From NCBI GenBank assembly GCA_916438885.1, contig CAKAGG010000002.1:912244-976243 (forward strand): DNA of 64,000 bases, given 5' to 3'. Origin of the DNA: an uncultured Atopobium sp. Lineage in GTDB: Bacteria; Actinomycetota; Coriobacteriia; Coriobacteriales; Atopobiaceae. The translations under genes were made by a program, and so were the position numbers. This document shows positions 12,040-23,404 of the stretch, piece by piece. Positions within the stretch are counted from its first letter, which is position 1. Every line of letters begins with the position of its first letter. The notes beneath the pieces were generated by a model, which saw only the letters and a list, made by a program, of their open reading frames with translations, had not been told where the DNA came from and made no database searches.

Positions 12040-12906
12040 TTATGCCCTCCTCTCGTACGAGTCTTGGGCATCTTGAACAACGTCGGACGCAGGACCAAGG
12101 GACTCCGTTAAAGCAAAATCATCTAATTTTCCGCGATTGTGGTCGTGGACATGATGAGAGTCAAGGTCACAGTGAGCTCCATGAACTGCACAGTGATCAT
12201 GACCGTGACCCCTACCTGCAATTTCTGTAGCTTTGTGGTCAGCAACTTCAACAACTCGACAAGCCAGCGCATCAAGAGCTGCAAGATCATGCGTAACAAT
12301 AAGTACCGCAAGATCTCGAGCTGCATGGGCTTCTCGCACTAGGCTATAGAAATGATTGCGACTCTCTTTATCAAGACCAGTTGTAGGCTCGTCCAGGATA
12401 AGTAGTGATGGGTTTCCTACCAGCGCGCAGGCAAGGCGAACTCTCTGGAGCTGTCCTCCAGAGAGTTCCCTAATAATACGCGTGGAAAAGTCAGTCATAC
12501 CTACAAGGTCAAGTGCCTCAAGCGTGCGCTCGCGACGCTCTTTTGCGCTCATCTTTACCTTTTTGGCACGAGCATACTGACTTGCATCTACTAGCTCGAC
12601 GACGCTTGCAGGAAAGCGATTAACCGATTCTGAAGGCAGCTGTGGGACATAGCCTACACGCTCCCAGTCTTTAAACCGAGTCGAGGACGTTCCAAAAAGA
12701 AGTGACTTACCGCTAGTTGGCTCAAGCTCACCCACCACAATACGAGAGAGCGTAGATTTACCAGCTCCGTTATCACCAATAAGCGCACAAATCTCACCTT
12801 GATGAACGTCTAAATTTACATCGCTTAAGACACGCGTCTTCTTGTAAGAAAAACTCACGTCTTGAAGCGAAACGGCTATCTGACTTTCCTGCAACACGTC
12901 CTCCAA
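12040..12906 (-). CDS. znuC: Zn/Mn ABC transporter ATPase with His/Cys-rich C-terminal tail
   Basis: GDNGAGKST, LSGGQ, LILDEP; tail GHGHDHCAVHGAHCDLDSHHVHDH. Confidence 0.85.
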   Translation of the reverse strand: MEDVLQESQIAVSLQDVSFSYKKTRVLSDVNLDVHQGEICALIGDNGAGKSTLSRIVVGELEPTSGKSLLFGTSSTRFKDWERVGYVPQLPSESVNRFPASVVELVDASQYARAKKVKMSAKERRERTLEALDLVGMTDFSTRIIRELSGGQLQRVRLACALVGNPSLLILDEPTTGLDKESRNHFYSLVREAHAARDLAVLIVTHDLAALDALACRVVEVADHKATEIAGRGHGHDHCAVHGAHCDLDSHHVHDHNRGKLDDFALTESLGPASDVVQDAQDSYERRA

Positions 12907-12931
12907 ACATCCAGCCTAAGCTGGCAACACA

Positions 12932-13926
12932 CTATGCGAGAGCGCCCTCAAGAGCCTTGAGGTTCTCGCGCATAACAGAGAGGTAATCCTCGCCCGCCTT
13001 GAGCTCGTCATCAGTAAGTCCCTCAAGTGGGTTAAGCTCTTCAACACGAGCGCCTGTTGCCTCAGCAATTGCTTGAGCAACCTTAGGACTTACCAGTTCC
13101 TCCGTAAAAATAACCTTTACATTATGCTCTTTTACGAACTCAGTAATCTCTTTCATTTCTTGAGCATTTGGCTCTGCATCTGCCTCAACACCCTCGATTG
13201 GCATCTGTGTAAGACCATATGCCTCACATAGATAACCAAATGCCTGGTGAGAAACAACAATGGTCTTGTTAGGTAGTGAATCCAGACCCTTGTGGAACTC
13301 ACTATCAAGCGTATCAAAGTCTGCGTTTGCCTTATCAAGATTGGCAGCATACTCTGACTTGTGCTCAGAGTCCTTCTCGGAAAGCGCATCACAAATATTC
13401 TTCATCTGAATCTTTGCATTCAGAGGGCTCAGCCAAACGTGAGGGTCAGTTCCGCCATGATCGTGATCGTGATCATGGTCGTCTTTCTTCTCCTCATGAT
13501 CGTGATCATCGTCCTCTTCAAGCTCAAGAAGTTTAACGTCTTTGCTGGTCTCAACTGCTGTAAGTTTGTGCCAGAACCAAGTCCATCAAGTACGTCCTTG
13601 ACCCAGTGCTCCATACCAGCACCGTTGTAAATCAAGAAGTCTGCTTCCTGGATAGTCTTCATATCCTTGCTGGATGGCTCCCAATCATGTGGCTCAGTAC
13701 CTGCTGGAACGAGGCATGTTACCTCAGCATGATCGCCAGCAATGCGCTTTGCAAAATCGTACATAGGATAAAAACTTGCAACAATGTTGAGCTTCTTCTG
13801 GTCTTTATTATCAGAAGCTCCTTCTTGCTTTTGAGCCTCAGGCTTGCAGCCAGCAAGAATAGCACTCACGCCAAAAGCGGAAGCTACAAGTGCGCTACGA
13901 CGAGAAACGGTTGGATTCAAATTCAT
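12932..13926 (-). CDS. znuA: Zn ABC transporter substrate-binding lipoprotein AdcA/ZnuA (frameshifts near 13410 and 13550)
   Basis: SRR twin-arginine-like signal and LAGC lipobox, EPHDWEP, His/Asp loop EEDDDHDHEEKKDDHDHDHDHGGTDPHVWLSP, SHQAFGY. Confidence 0.85.
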
Positions 13927-14252
13927 GTTACATCTCCCAAAACTATAAAAACCAATACGGTATAGTGCCAAATTCTTCAAACAAAATCGTGCGTTTTTCC
14001 TCGCTACCAAGCATAAAAACATGGCGAGAAACCCATGTTTCTCCTCACTTCTTTGCCTTTCTACTCACTTCTCATCATCTGAACATGCATTCATGCTTCC
14101 CCTTTAGCACGAAAGCGGGCTGTCTTCCGACAGTCCGCTTTCTAAAAGTTAGCCTTAGTATACATATTCCAATTCAGGTCAACGATATATATTTTATCTT
14201 TTCCGTAAACGGAATTGGAACAAACAGGTTAACTATTTTATTTCTTGCTAAC

Positions 14253-14897
14253 TTACTGATCTTTCTCCGCATACGGAGTAATAATCAAATTTCCACTATT
14301 ATACTCACCCAAATAAACCTCTGAAGCAGACTTATAACCTTGATGCTCAAGTTCTCTTTCAAGCCAATTCTCTTCCAGGTCCAGCGTCTCAAGAATATTT
14401 GTCTGAACTTGTCCGTCAGTAATAAGCGGGAATCTAACGTTCTCTTCTCCTTTTTTAACAATAATCAACTGTCCATTTTGCTCAAGAATGGCACGCTTAA
14501 CGTCTGAGATATAATTCACTCCTGCCTGGCGAAGCTTCAGCGACACATCGTAGGCAGTGAGACCCATAGACCTACAGTTGTCTACAAGCAGCTTGCCCTT
14601 ATCAATAACAATAACAGGACGTCCATCAATCAACTGCTTGACCAGCATATTGTTTGTTCTCAACCATTTGAGAACCATAACAATAATGAGCCAAATAAGC
14701 AGGACAAGGGTGAACTGCAAAATGGTAATTGAACTGTTGTAGATCATGCCGCCAACAATGCCGCCAAGTACAAAGTTTTGAACCTGGTCAATTGCTGCAG
14801 TTGGTGCTAGGTTTCCTTTTCCGCTGACGTTAATTGCCAGAACAAGCGAGAAAAGACCGATGCACAATTTAATGGCAACTTCTAAATAAAAGTTCAT
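14253..14897 (-). CDS. DUF421 / YetF family membrane protein
   Basis: GKGNLAP..DQVQNFVLGGIVGG, LRQAG...AILEQNGQL. Confidence 0.85.
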   Translation of the reverse strand: MNFYLEVAIKLCIGLFSLVLAINVSGKGNLAPTAAIDQVQNFVLGGIVGGMIYNSSITILQFTLVLLIWLIIVMVLKWLRTNNMLVKQLIDGRPVIVIDKGKLLVDNCRSMGLTAYDVSLKLRQAGVNYISDVKRAILEQNGQLIIVKKGEENVRFPLITDGQVQTNILETLDLEENWLERELEHQGYKSASEVYLGEYNSGNLIITPYAEKDQ

Positions 14898-14901
14898 CGA
14901 T

Positions 14902-15345
14902 CTACTCCTCAACATGCTTAATGTCATTACCAATGAGATTGATCTGTTCAATGACATAGTCATTCTCGGTATTTTTCAAAACGTGATAATACTTACCGTC
15001 AACCTCAAGATACGAGGGATTTCCCTGGCTATCAAAGGCAACGTACACGTGGTCAAAATCAACCTCAAGACGTCGAGCGAAGCTTTCTTGTGAGGAAACA
15101 ATTGACTCATAGTGCTTACTTGCCTGATTAACCTCTAGCACACGATCAAGCTGTAGAAGTCCAAGAAAGATTAATGAGAACAGCGCAATAAGCGCCAGCT
15201 CACGATACTTAGAATTCTTTCTATCGCGCATGTAATGCACAAGCGAGAAGATCATCAGAAGTGCAACAAGGCCAAATAGAACAAGCTGAGTCCAGTCAAA
15301 TACTGTCGCATGGTGAATTAAATAATTATGGGAATAGAACTCCAT
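14902..15345 (-). CDS. DUF3290 family membrane protein
   Basis: MEFYSHNYL...YMRDRKNSKYREL; usual partner of DUF421. Confidence 0.75.
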   Translation of the reverse strand: MEFYSHNYLIHHATVFDWTQLVLFGLVALLMIFSLVHYMRDRKNSKYRELALIALFSLIFLGLLQLDRVLEVNQASKHYESIVSSQESFARRLEVDFDHVYVAFDSQGNPSYLEVDGKYYHVLKNTENDYVIEQINLIGNDIKHVEE

Positions 15346-15382
15346 AGGCTTCCTTTAGTTTGCATTACTCAAAATCTGCTGC

Positions 15383-16548
15383 TTAAGCCTTGTAAACGCT
15401 CTTTCCTCCAAGGAACGTCTCTTCAAGCTGAAGATCTTTTGTAACAACAATAAAGTCAGCATCATATCCAGGACGGATGAAGCCACAAACATCATCAATT
15501 CCACAAGAGCGAGCTGGGTTTTCTGAAGCCATACGAACCGCTTCTTCAGCAGAAACAATACCCCAGTCAAAGACGTTCTTCACGCCTTCAAACAGACGAA
15601 GGATTGAACCTGCAAGGCTGTGAGACTCATCCATCAGACGAGCAGTTCCACCTTCAACAACAACAGGGAAATCGCCTAGTTTGTACTGTCCATTAGGCAT
15701 ACCACCTGCACGCATGCAGTCTGTAATAAGAACGGTATGGTCATATCCCTTTGCATTTACCAGAGCGCGAACAGCAATAGGATTAAGGTGATGGCCGTCG
15801 CAAATAGCCTCTGCATAGGTACCGTGGGTGGTCATTGCAGCGCCAACCATACCTGGCTCACGGTGGTGAAGACCGCTCATGCCGTTATAGGTATGAACAA
15901 AGATGTCTGCACCAGCGTTTACGCAGGCAAGAGCTTCCTCATACGTTGCATCGGAGTGACCAAGTGCAACATGAACACCGCGGTCTGCCATCTCTGCACA
16001 GAACTCTGGAGCGCCATCGCGCTCTGGAGCAATAGCAATCTTGGCAATCCAGCCGTCGGCACGCTCCTGCCACTCATCAAAGACCTCTACATCTGGATCA
16101 AGGAAGTACGCAGGATTCTGGGCACCCTTGTGTTTCTCGGTAAAGAAAGGTCCCTCTAGGAAGATGCCCTGGATGCGAGCAGCATCAATGCCGTTTGCCG
16201 CAATTCCCTCTGCTGCATCAGCAACGGACTCACAAGCATCGCCAGTTTGCTCAACACTTGCGGTTAGTGTTGTTGGAAGCCAAGAAGTTACACCGTTAGA
16301 GAGCAAACCCTGGGCAATCTCAATAACGCCATCAGGATCGCAGTCCATAATATCGTGGTCCAGGAAGCCATGGATATGGGTATCAACAAGGCCAGGTGCC
16401 ACCCAAGAACCAGTGCGGTCAATAATCTCGCAGTCTGGCTTCTCTTTAGTGAAATGACCAAATACACCGTCTTCTACGAGCAAATATCCTGGACCAGAAG
16501 TTGCTCCTGGCAAAAAGAACTTATCTGCTTAACTGCAAATGTACTCAT
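15383..16548 (-). CDS. nagA: N-acetylglucosamine/N-acetylgalactosamine-6-phosphate deacetylase (N-terminal frameshift near 16528)
   Basis: PGLVDTHIHG, FLEGPF, GHSDAT, HTYNGM, ICDGHH, LITDCM. Confidence 0.92.
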
Positions 16549-16605
16549 ACGTACCTCAATCATTCTCAAAAGGACGCGCCATAGGCACGTCCTTCTTAGT
16601 AATTC

Positions 16606-17771
16606 CTATAGTGAGTGAATTGTAACACCCTTAACCACTCGATTAACCTGACCAGTTGGAGAAGGTGTGTCCGGTTTGTTATTGACACGAACTGAGTTCA
16701 AGAGTGCCACCACTTGAGCGACCATTACAAAGGCAGAGCCAAATAAGGTGCTGGTAGAGGCTCTGTAAATACTGGAAGACTAAACGTTCTTCCCGTAAAG
16801 TTTGTTGCCCCCTCTTGCTCAATACCAATGGTCAGAGCAGCAATCTGGTCTCCCTTAATCTCGTCAAGAATATCCAGATCATATTGACGCGTATAAGGGT
16901 TATTGGAAACAAAATCAAACACCAGGGTGTGCTCGTCGACAAACGACTTTGGTCCGTGACGATATCCCATCGAGGAATCCCATGACGTTGCATTAATACC
17001 AGCTGCAAGCTCCAAAATCTTAAGCTGAGCCTCATGAGCAAGACCCACAAAAGGACCAGAACCCAGATAGGTAATGCGGTTGAAATCGCTCTTAAGCCAC
17101 TCAGCAATCTCTTCCTCGCGCTCAATTACCTGCCTACCCAGCTCAGCAGCATCAGAAATCCAAGCCTTCTTCTGTGAGTCATCAGCACTATCAAATACAA
17201 GAGTTGCAAGAAGTGTCATACAGCTATAAGAGCCGGTCATAGCAAAGCCCTGGTCATTTGCACCAGGAATAAGAAGTAGCAATGTATCGTCTTTACCTGC
17301 GGATTCAACGGCAAGTTTTCCTTCAGGAGCGCAGGTAATATTGATAAGCAAAAGATTTTTAACAATCTTGCGAGCAATATTTACTGCAGCAAGACTCTCT
17401 GGACTATTACCAGAGCGCGCAAAAGAAACCAAGACCGTTGGATCATCTGGATCAAGACTGCCATAAGGATCAGAAACAATATCAGTAGTTGCAACGGACG
17501 CAAACTCAAAAGAGCCCTTCTCGCCATGAGAACGAAGATACGGAGTAATGGTATCGCCTACATATGCCGAGGTACCTGCACCCGTAAAGACCACGCGGGT
17601 ACGACGACCCTCACCGAGATTGAGAGCACGCTCGACAAACTCTTTAATTGCAGAAAGGTTCTCCTGATAAATGCCAAAGGTAGATTCCCAGAGCTCAGGC
17701 TGCTGCTTAATCTCGGCAGTTGTAATATGAGCGCCTAATGCCTTTAGCTCTTCTTGGCTCTTCTTAAACAT
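16606..17771 (-). CDS. agaS: Galactosamine-6-phosphate deaminase/isomerase, SIS-domain protein (frameshift near 16728)
   Basis: TAEIKQQP, TGAGTS, SFARSGNSPES, FAMTGS, RHGPKS; C-terminus continues in another frame to PSPTGQVNRVVKGVTIHSL. Confidence 0.88.
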
Positions 17772-17793
17772 TGATATCCCTTCTCACAGTTAT

Positions 17794-18522
17794 TTAACTG
17801 CGTGTATGTACAATTTTGTATCTAAACTGATCCGCACGAGCCACGCTTAGTGTGAACTCAACAATGATATTTCTGTCATTGTACGTGGTGCGTGTGAGAC
17901 TCAAAACAGGCGAACCTTCAGAAATTTGCAATAAAGTGGCGTCATCTGAGCGAGCAATTGAAGCCTTGAACTCCTCTTCTGCTACGCCAATCTTTATGTT
18001 GTAGTCTTCTTCAAAATTTTGGTAGAGAGATTTTTGCTCAACATCATGGGCAGTGAGCGAGAAAAACTGTGAAACTGGAAGATACGTTACTTCCAGCATC
18101 ATAGGCACGTCATCGGCACTTCTTAAACGTTTGATGCGGAAGAGTTTCTCGCCAAGAATAACGTGCATATGCTGGGCTAAGAACTTATTAGCCTCAATAG
18201 TGTCAAACTCCAGAATAGTTGTCTTTGGAACGCGGCCCAACTGACGCTGCTGGTCAGTAAAGCTATAGCCGCCCATAAGGTCTGTTGCGCGTTCAGAAAC
18301 GTCTGCAACAAAGGTACCCCGACCACGTTGACGGTAAATGAGTCCCATGTGTTCAAGCTCTTGCAAGGCCAGTCTTACCGTAGTGCGAGAAAGACCATAA
18401 GAATCGGAGAGCTCTCGCTCAGAAGGAAGTGGATCGTTTGGATCCATCTCGTTTTCAATACGATAGCGCAGTATATTTGCTAACTGCTCGTAGAGAGGCT
18501 GTCTTCCCATAAACGCTGTCAT
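17794..18522 (-). CDS. GntR (HutC/NagR subfamily, UTRA domain) transcriptional regulator
   Basis: LPSERELSDSYGLSRTTVRLAL, RGRGTFV, UTRA-like C-terminus. Confidence 0.92.
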   Translation of the reverse strand: MTAFMGRQPLYEQLANILRYRIENEMDPNDPLPSERELSDSYGLSRTTVRLALQELEHMGLIYRQRGRGTFVADVSERATDLMGGYSFTDQQRQLGRVPKTTILEFDTIEANKFLAQHMHVILGEKLFRIKRLRSADDVPMMLEVTYLPVSQFFSLTAHDVEQKSLYQNFEEDYNIKIGVAEEEFKASIARSDDATLLQISEGSPVLSLTRTTYNDRNIIVEFTLSVARADQFRYKIVHTRS

Positions 18523-18576
18523 CAAAACTCTCCTATAAAGACGGGTGCCCACTAAGTGGACACCCGTCGCACTTAC

Positions 18577-19657
18577 TTAACCCCAAATATATGGGAGAAC
18601 GCCAAAGCCAGAACCAAGGAGTGCAATTACCAGAAGCAGGCAGATGCACATGATTGGGAGTCCAGTTACGCTTTGCCATGAGATAGTACAGGCAAAGGGT
18701 AAGCGCCAGTGGGATAAGCTTTGGGCAAACGCCGTCGAGGATCTTCTGGATGTCAATGGAGACAGGAGAAGTAACTTCCTCGCCAACAGTTACCAGGTTA
18801 ACACCGTTGCCGACTGGAGCAATAGCAGTAGTGCCGTCCTTGCCGTCAGCAGTCTTGCCGCCGATGAACATAACGGACTCAGGGTCCTTTTTGTAGTCAG
18901 CATAGGAACCCTTAGCAAAGAGAGCCTTGTCATACTGACCAGAAGCAAGCTGCTCATCAGAAAGAGTTACCTGAGAAAGAACAACGCTGTGTGTCTCACC
19001 GTTAGGGATGTTTGCGCCAGCGCCAAGCTTGGTTCCGCCATAGCAGACAACCAGGCAGCCAACAACAAAGACACCCAGGATAGAAGCAGCACGAGTGAAC
19101 TCTTTTGCGTTCTCGGTAAGCAGAGTAATTGCGTCAGTACCCATCTTGTAAGAAAGATTCATCAGCCAATAACGTACAGCAAACTGCGCGATGTTAAAGA
19201 TGATAAGGAACAAGAATGGTGCAAAGACATTGCCGGAGATTGCCATGTTAGAGGTAATACCAGCAGTAATTGGAACAAGGGTGAACCAGAACAGTGCGTC
19301 ACCAATGCCGCCCAGAGGACCCATTGCAGAAACGCGGACTGCACGAATGGTTGGGATATCCAGCTTGTTCTGCTCAAGGGAGAGAACAATACCCATAACA
19401 AAAGTGACCAAGAATGGGTGGGTATTGTAGAACTCAAGGTTGTGACTCATGGAAGCAGCAAGGTCATCCTTGTTGTCGCCGTGAATCTTCTCAAGACCAG
19501 GAAGGATACCGTAGAGCCAACCAGCTGCCTGCATTCTCTCGTAGTTGAAGGAAGCCTGCAGGAACAGGGAGCGCCATACCATCTTGTTGAGCGTCTTCTG
19601 ATCAAGTGGCTCAGCAGGAGTGGTGTTTTGATAGGTATCAGGAATATTAAATGCCAT
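18577..19657 (-). CDS. Mannose-family PTS IID component (GalNAc-type; frameshift near 18655)
   Basis: SFNYERMQAAG, FYNTHP, MGPLGGIGDALFW. Confidence 0.92.
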
Positions 19658-20452
19658 CTTCGAAGTCACCTCCAGCAACAACAGCAGGAGCAGCATTCTT
19701 CATCTTGGTCTGGAGCTGGTAATCCCAGAATGCGATACCAAAGCCAATGAGAGCAAGAAGCAGAAGTGCTGGACCAGAGAGCTCAGGAATGCTGATAAAT
19801 ACGATTGCAGCTGCAAAGCCCATGAGGAAGAAGCCCCAAAGCTCGCGAGAAACCATAACCTTCAGCAGGATTGCAAAGCCGACGAAGCGCATCATGCCAC
19901 CAGCGACGGACAGTGCATTCATGAGCCACTTTGGAATTGCCGTGGTGATCTGAGTTCCAAATGCAGCGCCACCCAGGAAGAACAGGGTAACAATGACACC
20001 AAAGAAGAGACCAAGAGCAGCCATTGCACCATAGTTGATACGAGCAATTCCCTTAGGATCAGCCTTCTCGGCGTATGCATCAGCAGTTGCCATTACGGGG
20101 GACATAATGGTAAAGATGATGGTTACTGCATACTGGCCAAGCAGGGAGAATGGAATTGCTGCAGCTACAGCAGCCATTGGCTCAAGCTTAGTAGTGATTG
20201 CAAAGACTGCAGACATAATGCCGCCGATAACAGCATTAGGTGGCTGTGCACCACCAACAGGCATGTTGCCGATGGTCATAAGCTGATAAGTACCACCAAC
20301 AATGAGACCAGTCTGAACGTCACCAAGAATCAAACCAACCAAAAACCAGTTACGATTGGCTGGTAAAGAGACTCGAGGAAACTAAACTGATCGATGCCAG
20401 CGATAAACGCAACGATGAAAATTAATAACACCTGAATAGGGCTAACATCCAT
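19647..20452 (-). CDS. Mannose-family PTS IIC component (frameshift near 20342)
   Basis: ESLYQPIV.., GLILGDVQTG, GNMPVGGAQPPN, VGFAILL; GGAGG RBS. Confidence 0.9.
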
Positions 20453-20590
20453 CTTAACTCCTCCTTTCAAACACACCATAACTACCGATGACGATGATCG
20501 GCAGACTATCCGAATACCTTTGCCAACCTGCTAGAAACGTTGCACCATTGCAACTTTTTGTAATCTCTACCAGGAAGTTGCGCGCAAAAC

Positions 20591-21072
20591 TTACTCGAAT
20601 AGCTTTGAGATATCCTCGACCGGGGTCGTAGGAACACGCCTAATCTCTAGAGTCACCCCCAATTCCTGAAGCTCACGGAAGGCAGCGACGTCCTTATCGT
20701 CTACCGCCACACTTGTGGCGACCTGTCGCTTTCCCTCAGCCATGTGCATATTGCCGATGTTCACTTTTTTGATTGGAACACCGCCCTTGACCAGAGTGAG
20801 GACATCCTCTGGATTCTCGGCAACTAAGAAAATGTGCTGGCTTGCAGAAGCCTTATGAATTACCTCAATAGTCTTCTGAGCGTAAAGTACCTGGTTGCAA
20901 CGCCACTTGGAGCAGCCATATCCATGAGGCCCTGGCGCATCTTATTTCCTGCAACCTCATCATTAGCAACAAGGATGAGGTTAGTTCCAAGGGTGCCGTT
21001 CCACTGAGTAGCAACCTGACCATGAATCAAACGATTATCGATTCGAGCAAGCTTGATATTTGGTTCTCCCAT
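20591..21072 (-). CDS. Mannose-family PTS IIB component (frameshift near 20880)
   Basis: RIDNRLIHGQVATQW phospho-His motif; continuation NIGNMHMAEGKRQV. Confidence 0.92.
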
Positions 21073-21167
21073 AACAAGTTCTCCTCTCTTTACGCGCACA
21101 CTTGTGCGTGCTATCTGCGATTTTCATCGCACTACTCGCAACTTGCGCTGCGTGTTTTACTGCAAAT

Positions 21168-21464
21168 TTATTTATTATTGGAAACGCTGATTAACGCCCA
21201 ACGATCCAACGTGATGACCACATTTGGAGCAAACTCAACATCTACTGTTTCTTTTTTGACGTTTTTAACTACGCCATACATTCCGCTATTAGTCTTAACT
21301 TTCTGACCTGCATGAAGATTCTTCAGAAACTCTGAAGTTGTTCCCGCCTTTTTAGAAGAGGCTCTCCAAACAAAGAAGGAATAAACAAGGCCCAAAATTA
21401 CCAAGAACGCGAGAAGAACAATGGATGAAGCAAGAATGTTCTCTGCTAGATTTGCCATGTGCAT
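21168..21464 (-). CDS. YajC-like small membrane protein
   Basis: Single TM helix followed by LHAGQKVKTNSGMYGVV, the YajC beta-domain motif. Confidence 0.75.
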   Translation of the reverse strand: MHMANLAENILASSIVLLAFLVILGLVYSFFVWRASSKKAGTTSEFLKNLHAGQKVKTNSGMYGVVKNVKKETVDVEFAPNVVITLDRWALISVSNNK

Positions 21465-21491
21465 CTCCTTAACTCAACAACAAAACGCTAC

Positions 21492-21932
21492 TTAAATACC
21501 ATCGTCTCCGAAGATGTCATCTTCTGGCTCAACCTCAAGCTCAAGACGCTTATGAACAACTCCCTGGCTACCAGCTAAAACAGCAGTATCAACCAGCTCT
21601 TCAAGAGAGGTATCTGCCATGCGGCTACCAAGTGTTTCAAGAAGCATAGGAAGGTTTGTGCCGGTAACAACTTCTACGTTTGAATAACTCTGAGCAATAA
21701 TCATTGCCTGATTAAAAGGTGTTCCGCCAAGCAGATCGCAGAAAACCAGCACACCGTCAGTAGTGTCAAGAAGATCGGAAATTGTTGCAGAAAGAGTTTC
21801 TGGGTATGTTGCAGCACCGGCTTCAATAAAAGGAACGGGAACAAAAGCTTCTTGCTCACCAGCAATCATCTTTAAAGCATCAGCAAGACCGTTTGCAAAA
21901 GTTCCATGACCAGTTAAAACGCAACCTACCAT
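21492..21932 (-). CDS. Mannose-family PTS IIA component
   Basis: LTGHG.FA, DLLGGTPFN, GTNLPMLLE. Confidence 0.92.
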   Translation of the reverse strand: MVGCVLTGHGTFANGLADALKMIAGEQEAFVPVPFIEAGAATYPETLSATISDLLDTTDGVLVFCDLLGGTPFNQAMIIAQSYSNVEVVTGTNLPMLLETLGSRMADTSLEELVDTAVLAGSQGVVHKRLELEVEPEDDIFGDDGI

Positions 21933-22010
21933 GTCAAACTCCTTTCGAAGAGTTGGAAACTATCTGGGGAGCTACGCGGAAAACTAGGGGTGTTGAAGTT
22001 TCTCTCTAAG

Positions 22011-22022
22011 TGGTAGATACCA
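22011..22022. promoter_or_regulatory. Putative GntR/NagR-type operator TGGT-N4-ACCA
   Basis: TGGTAGATACCA 79 bp upstream of the PTS IIA start and just downstream of a minus-strand TATACT (-10-like, 22040-22045); resembles DasR/NagR dre sites. Confidence 0.55.
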
Positions 22023-22468
22023 GATAACAACCTAACATAAGTATAGTCTAGTGAGCATCTTGAGATGTGTACGTTAACAATCGACGGCTTAACGGTACTA
22101 TTTTTACCGTAAACGGTACACACGTTGTTATTTTCGCAGGTAGATATATGGATAAATTGTGACGATGCACTAAAAAATTTAGAGCTATCCTTGAAAAATG
22201 AGAAGTTCTTATAACGCACCTTTATACGTAATAAATGTAGTAAACAACCCTAAATCCTGCTCAAATACGGCGAGAAAATAAAATTGGTATTAAGAAATTA
22301 TGTACTGGTATCTTTTTTTAGAACATCTAAAGAATAGTTTCTTGATGGCGCTTTGGTTAAATAGATTCAACTCAATTTCATTTGCAGTGGCGCTGTTCCA
22401 TAGTGTTTCTCGCCCCTGCTTTCCTCTGAGCACTTTGTGTGCACTGTCTTTTAGACGAGGTGATATGC

Positions 22469-23404
22469 GTGATTGTTACCGTAACACTCAATGCATCCAT
22501 TGATAAAGCGTACTACCTGGACTCTCCTGTTGTAGATGGAACGGTACACAGAGTCTCGGTAGTAGATAACAGCGCGGGCGGCAAGGGTCTTAACGCCTCA
22601 CGAGCCATTACCACCCTTAACTACCCCGTTTGTGCCACAGGATTTGTTGGCGGTAATAACGGAAGATACCTTGTTGAGCTGGCTCATAAAGATGGTATTA
22701 CTAGTGATTTTATTTATACTGAGCAAGAAACTCGCTCATGCATTAATATCCTGGAGCCAAACGGGCAATCAACTGAATTCTTAGAGCCTGGACAGCCTGT
22801 ACTTCCTGAAGAATTCCTTGCTTTCAAGGCAAAACTTGTCCAGCTTACCAACGAAGCCGAAGTTGTTACCTTTAATGGCAGTGTTCCCAAGGGCATTTCT
22901 GCCGAAAATTACAAAGAACTTATAGAAGAGACCATGGCTGCGGGCGTGCCTTGCATTGTAGACGCATCCGGTGCACTGCTCACCTCCTGTATTGATGCCC
23001 TTCCTACCATGATCAAACCAAACACCGATGAAATCGGTCAACTTCTAGGAAGAGAAGTAACTACAGAAGACGAGGTCATAAAGGCAGCTCAGGAGCTGCA
23101 CAAACGCGGCATTAAAATTGTAGTTGTCTCGCTTGGTGCAAAAGGTGCGCTCATGGTTTCTGATGAAGGAACCTTTAGAGCAAATCCTCCAAAAATTGAA
23201 GCTATCAATCCTGTTGGTGCAGGAGATACCCTTGTTGGCTCATTTGCTGTTGCACTTGCTCAGCAAAAACCAACTTCAGAGTGTCTTACCTTTGCGCTTT
23301 CATGTGCTACCGCAAGTTGTTTATCTGCAGGTACCGGTCGCTTTGATCAAGATGTTGCAACTAAGATTCAGAAGCAGGTCACAATCAAAAAGATTGCTGA
23401 ATAA
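22469..23404 (+). CDS. lacC: Tagatose-6-phosphate / 1-phosphofructokinase family kinase
   Basis: VTLNASID, AGGKGLN, IKPNTDE, NPVGAGD; GAGGTG RBS before GTG. Confidence 0.8.
   Translation: MIVTVTLNASIDKAYYLDSPVVDGTVHRVSVVDNSAGGKGLNASRAITTLNYPVCATGFVGGNNGRYLVELAHKDGITSDFIYTEQETRSCINILEPNGQSTEFLEPGQPVLPEEFLAFKAKLVQLTNEAEVVTFNGSVPKGISAENYKELIEETMAAGVPCIVDASGALLTSCIDALPTMIKPNTDEIGQLLGREVTTEDEVIKAAQELHKRGIKIVVVSLGAKGALMVSDEGTFRANPPKIEAINPVGAGDTLVGSFAVALAQQKPTSECLTFALSCATASCLSAGTGRFDQDVATKIQKQVTIKKIAE

Noticed and set aside
13455..13515. GATCAC/GATCAT tandem repeats
   Set aside because: They simply encode the His-Asp loop of the Zn-binding protein.
18644..19750. Long antisense ORFs (368 aa here; also 24488-25360 and 8346-9173)
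   Set aside because: Shadows of well-supported opposite-strand genes, with no recognisable motifs.
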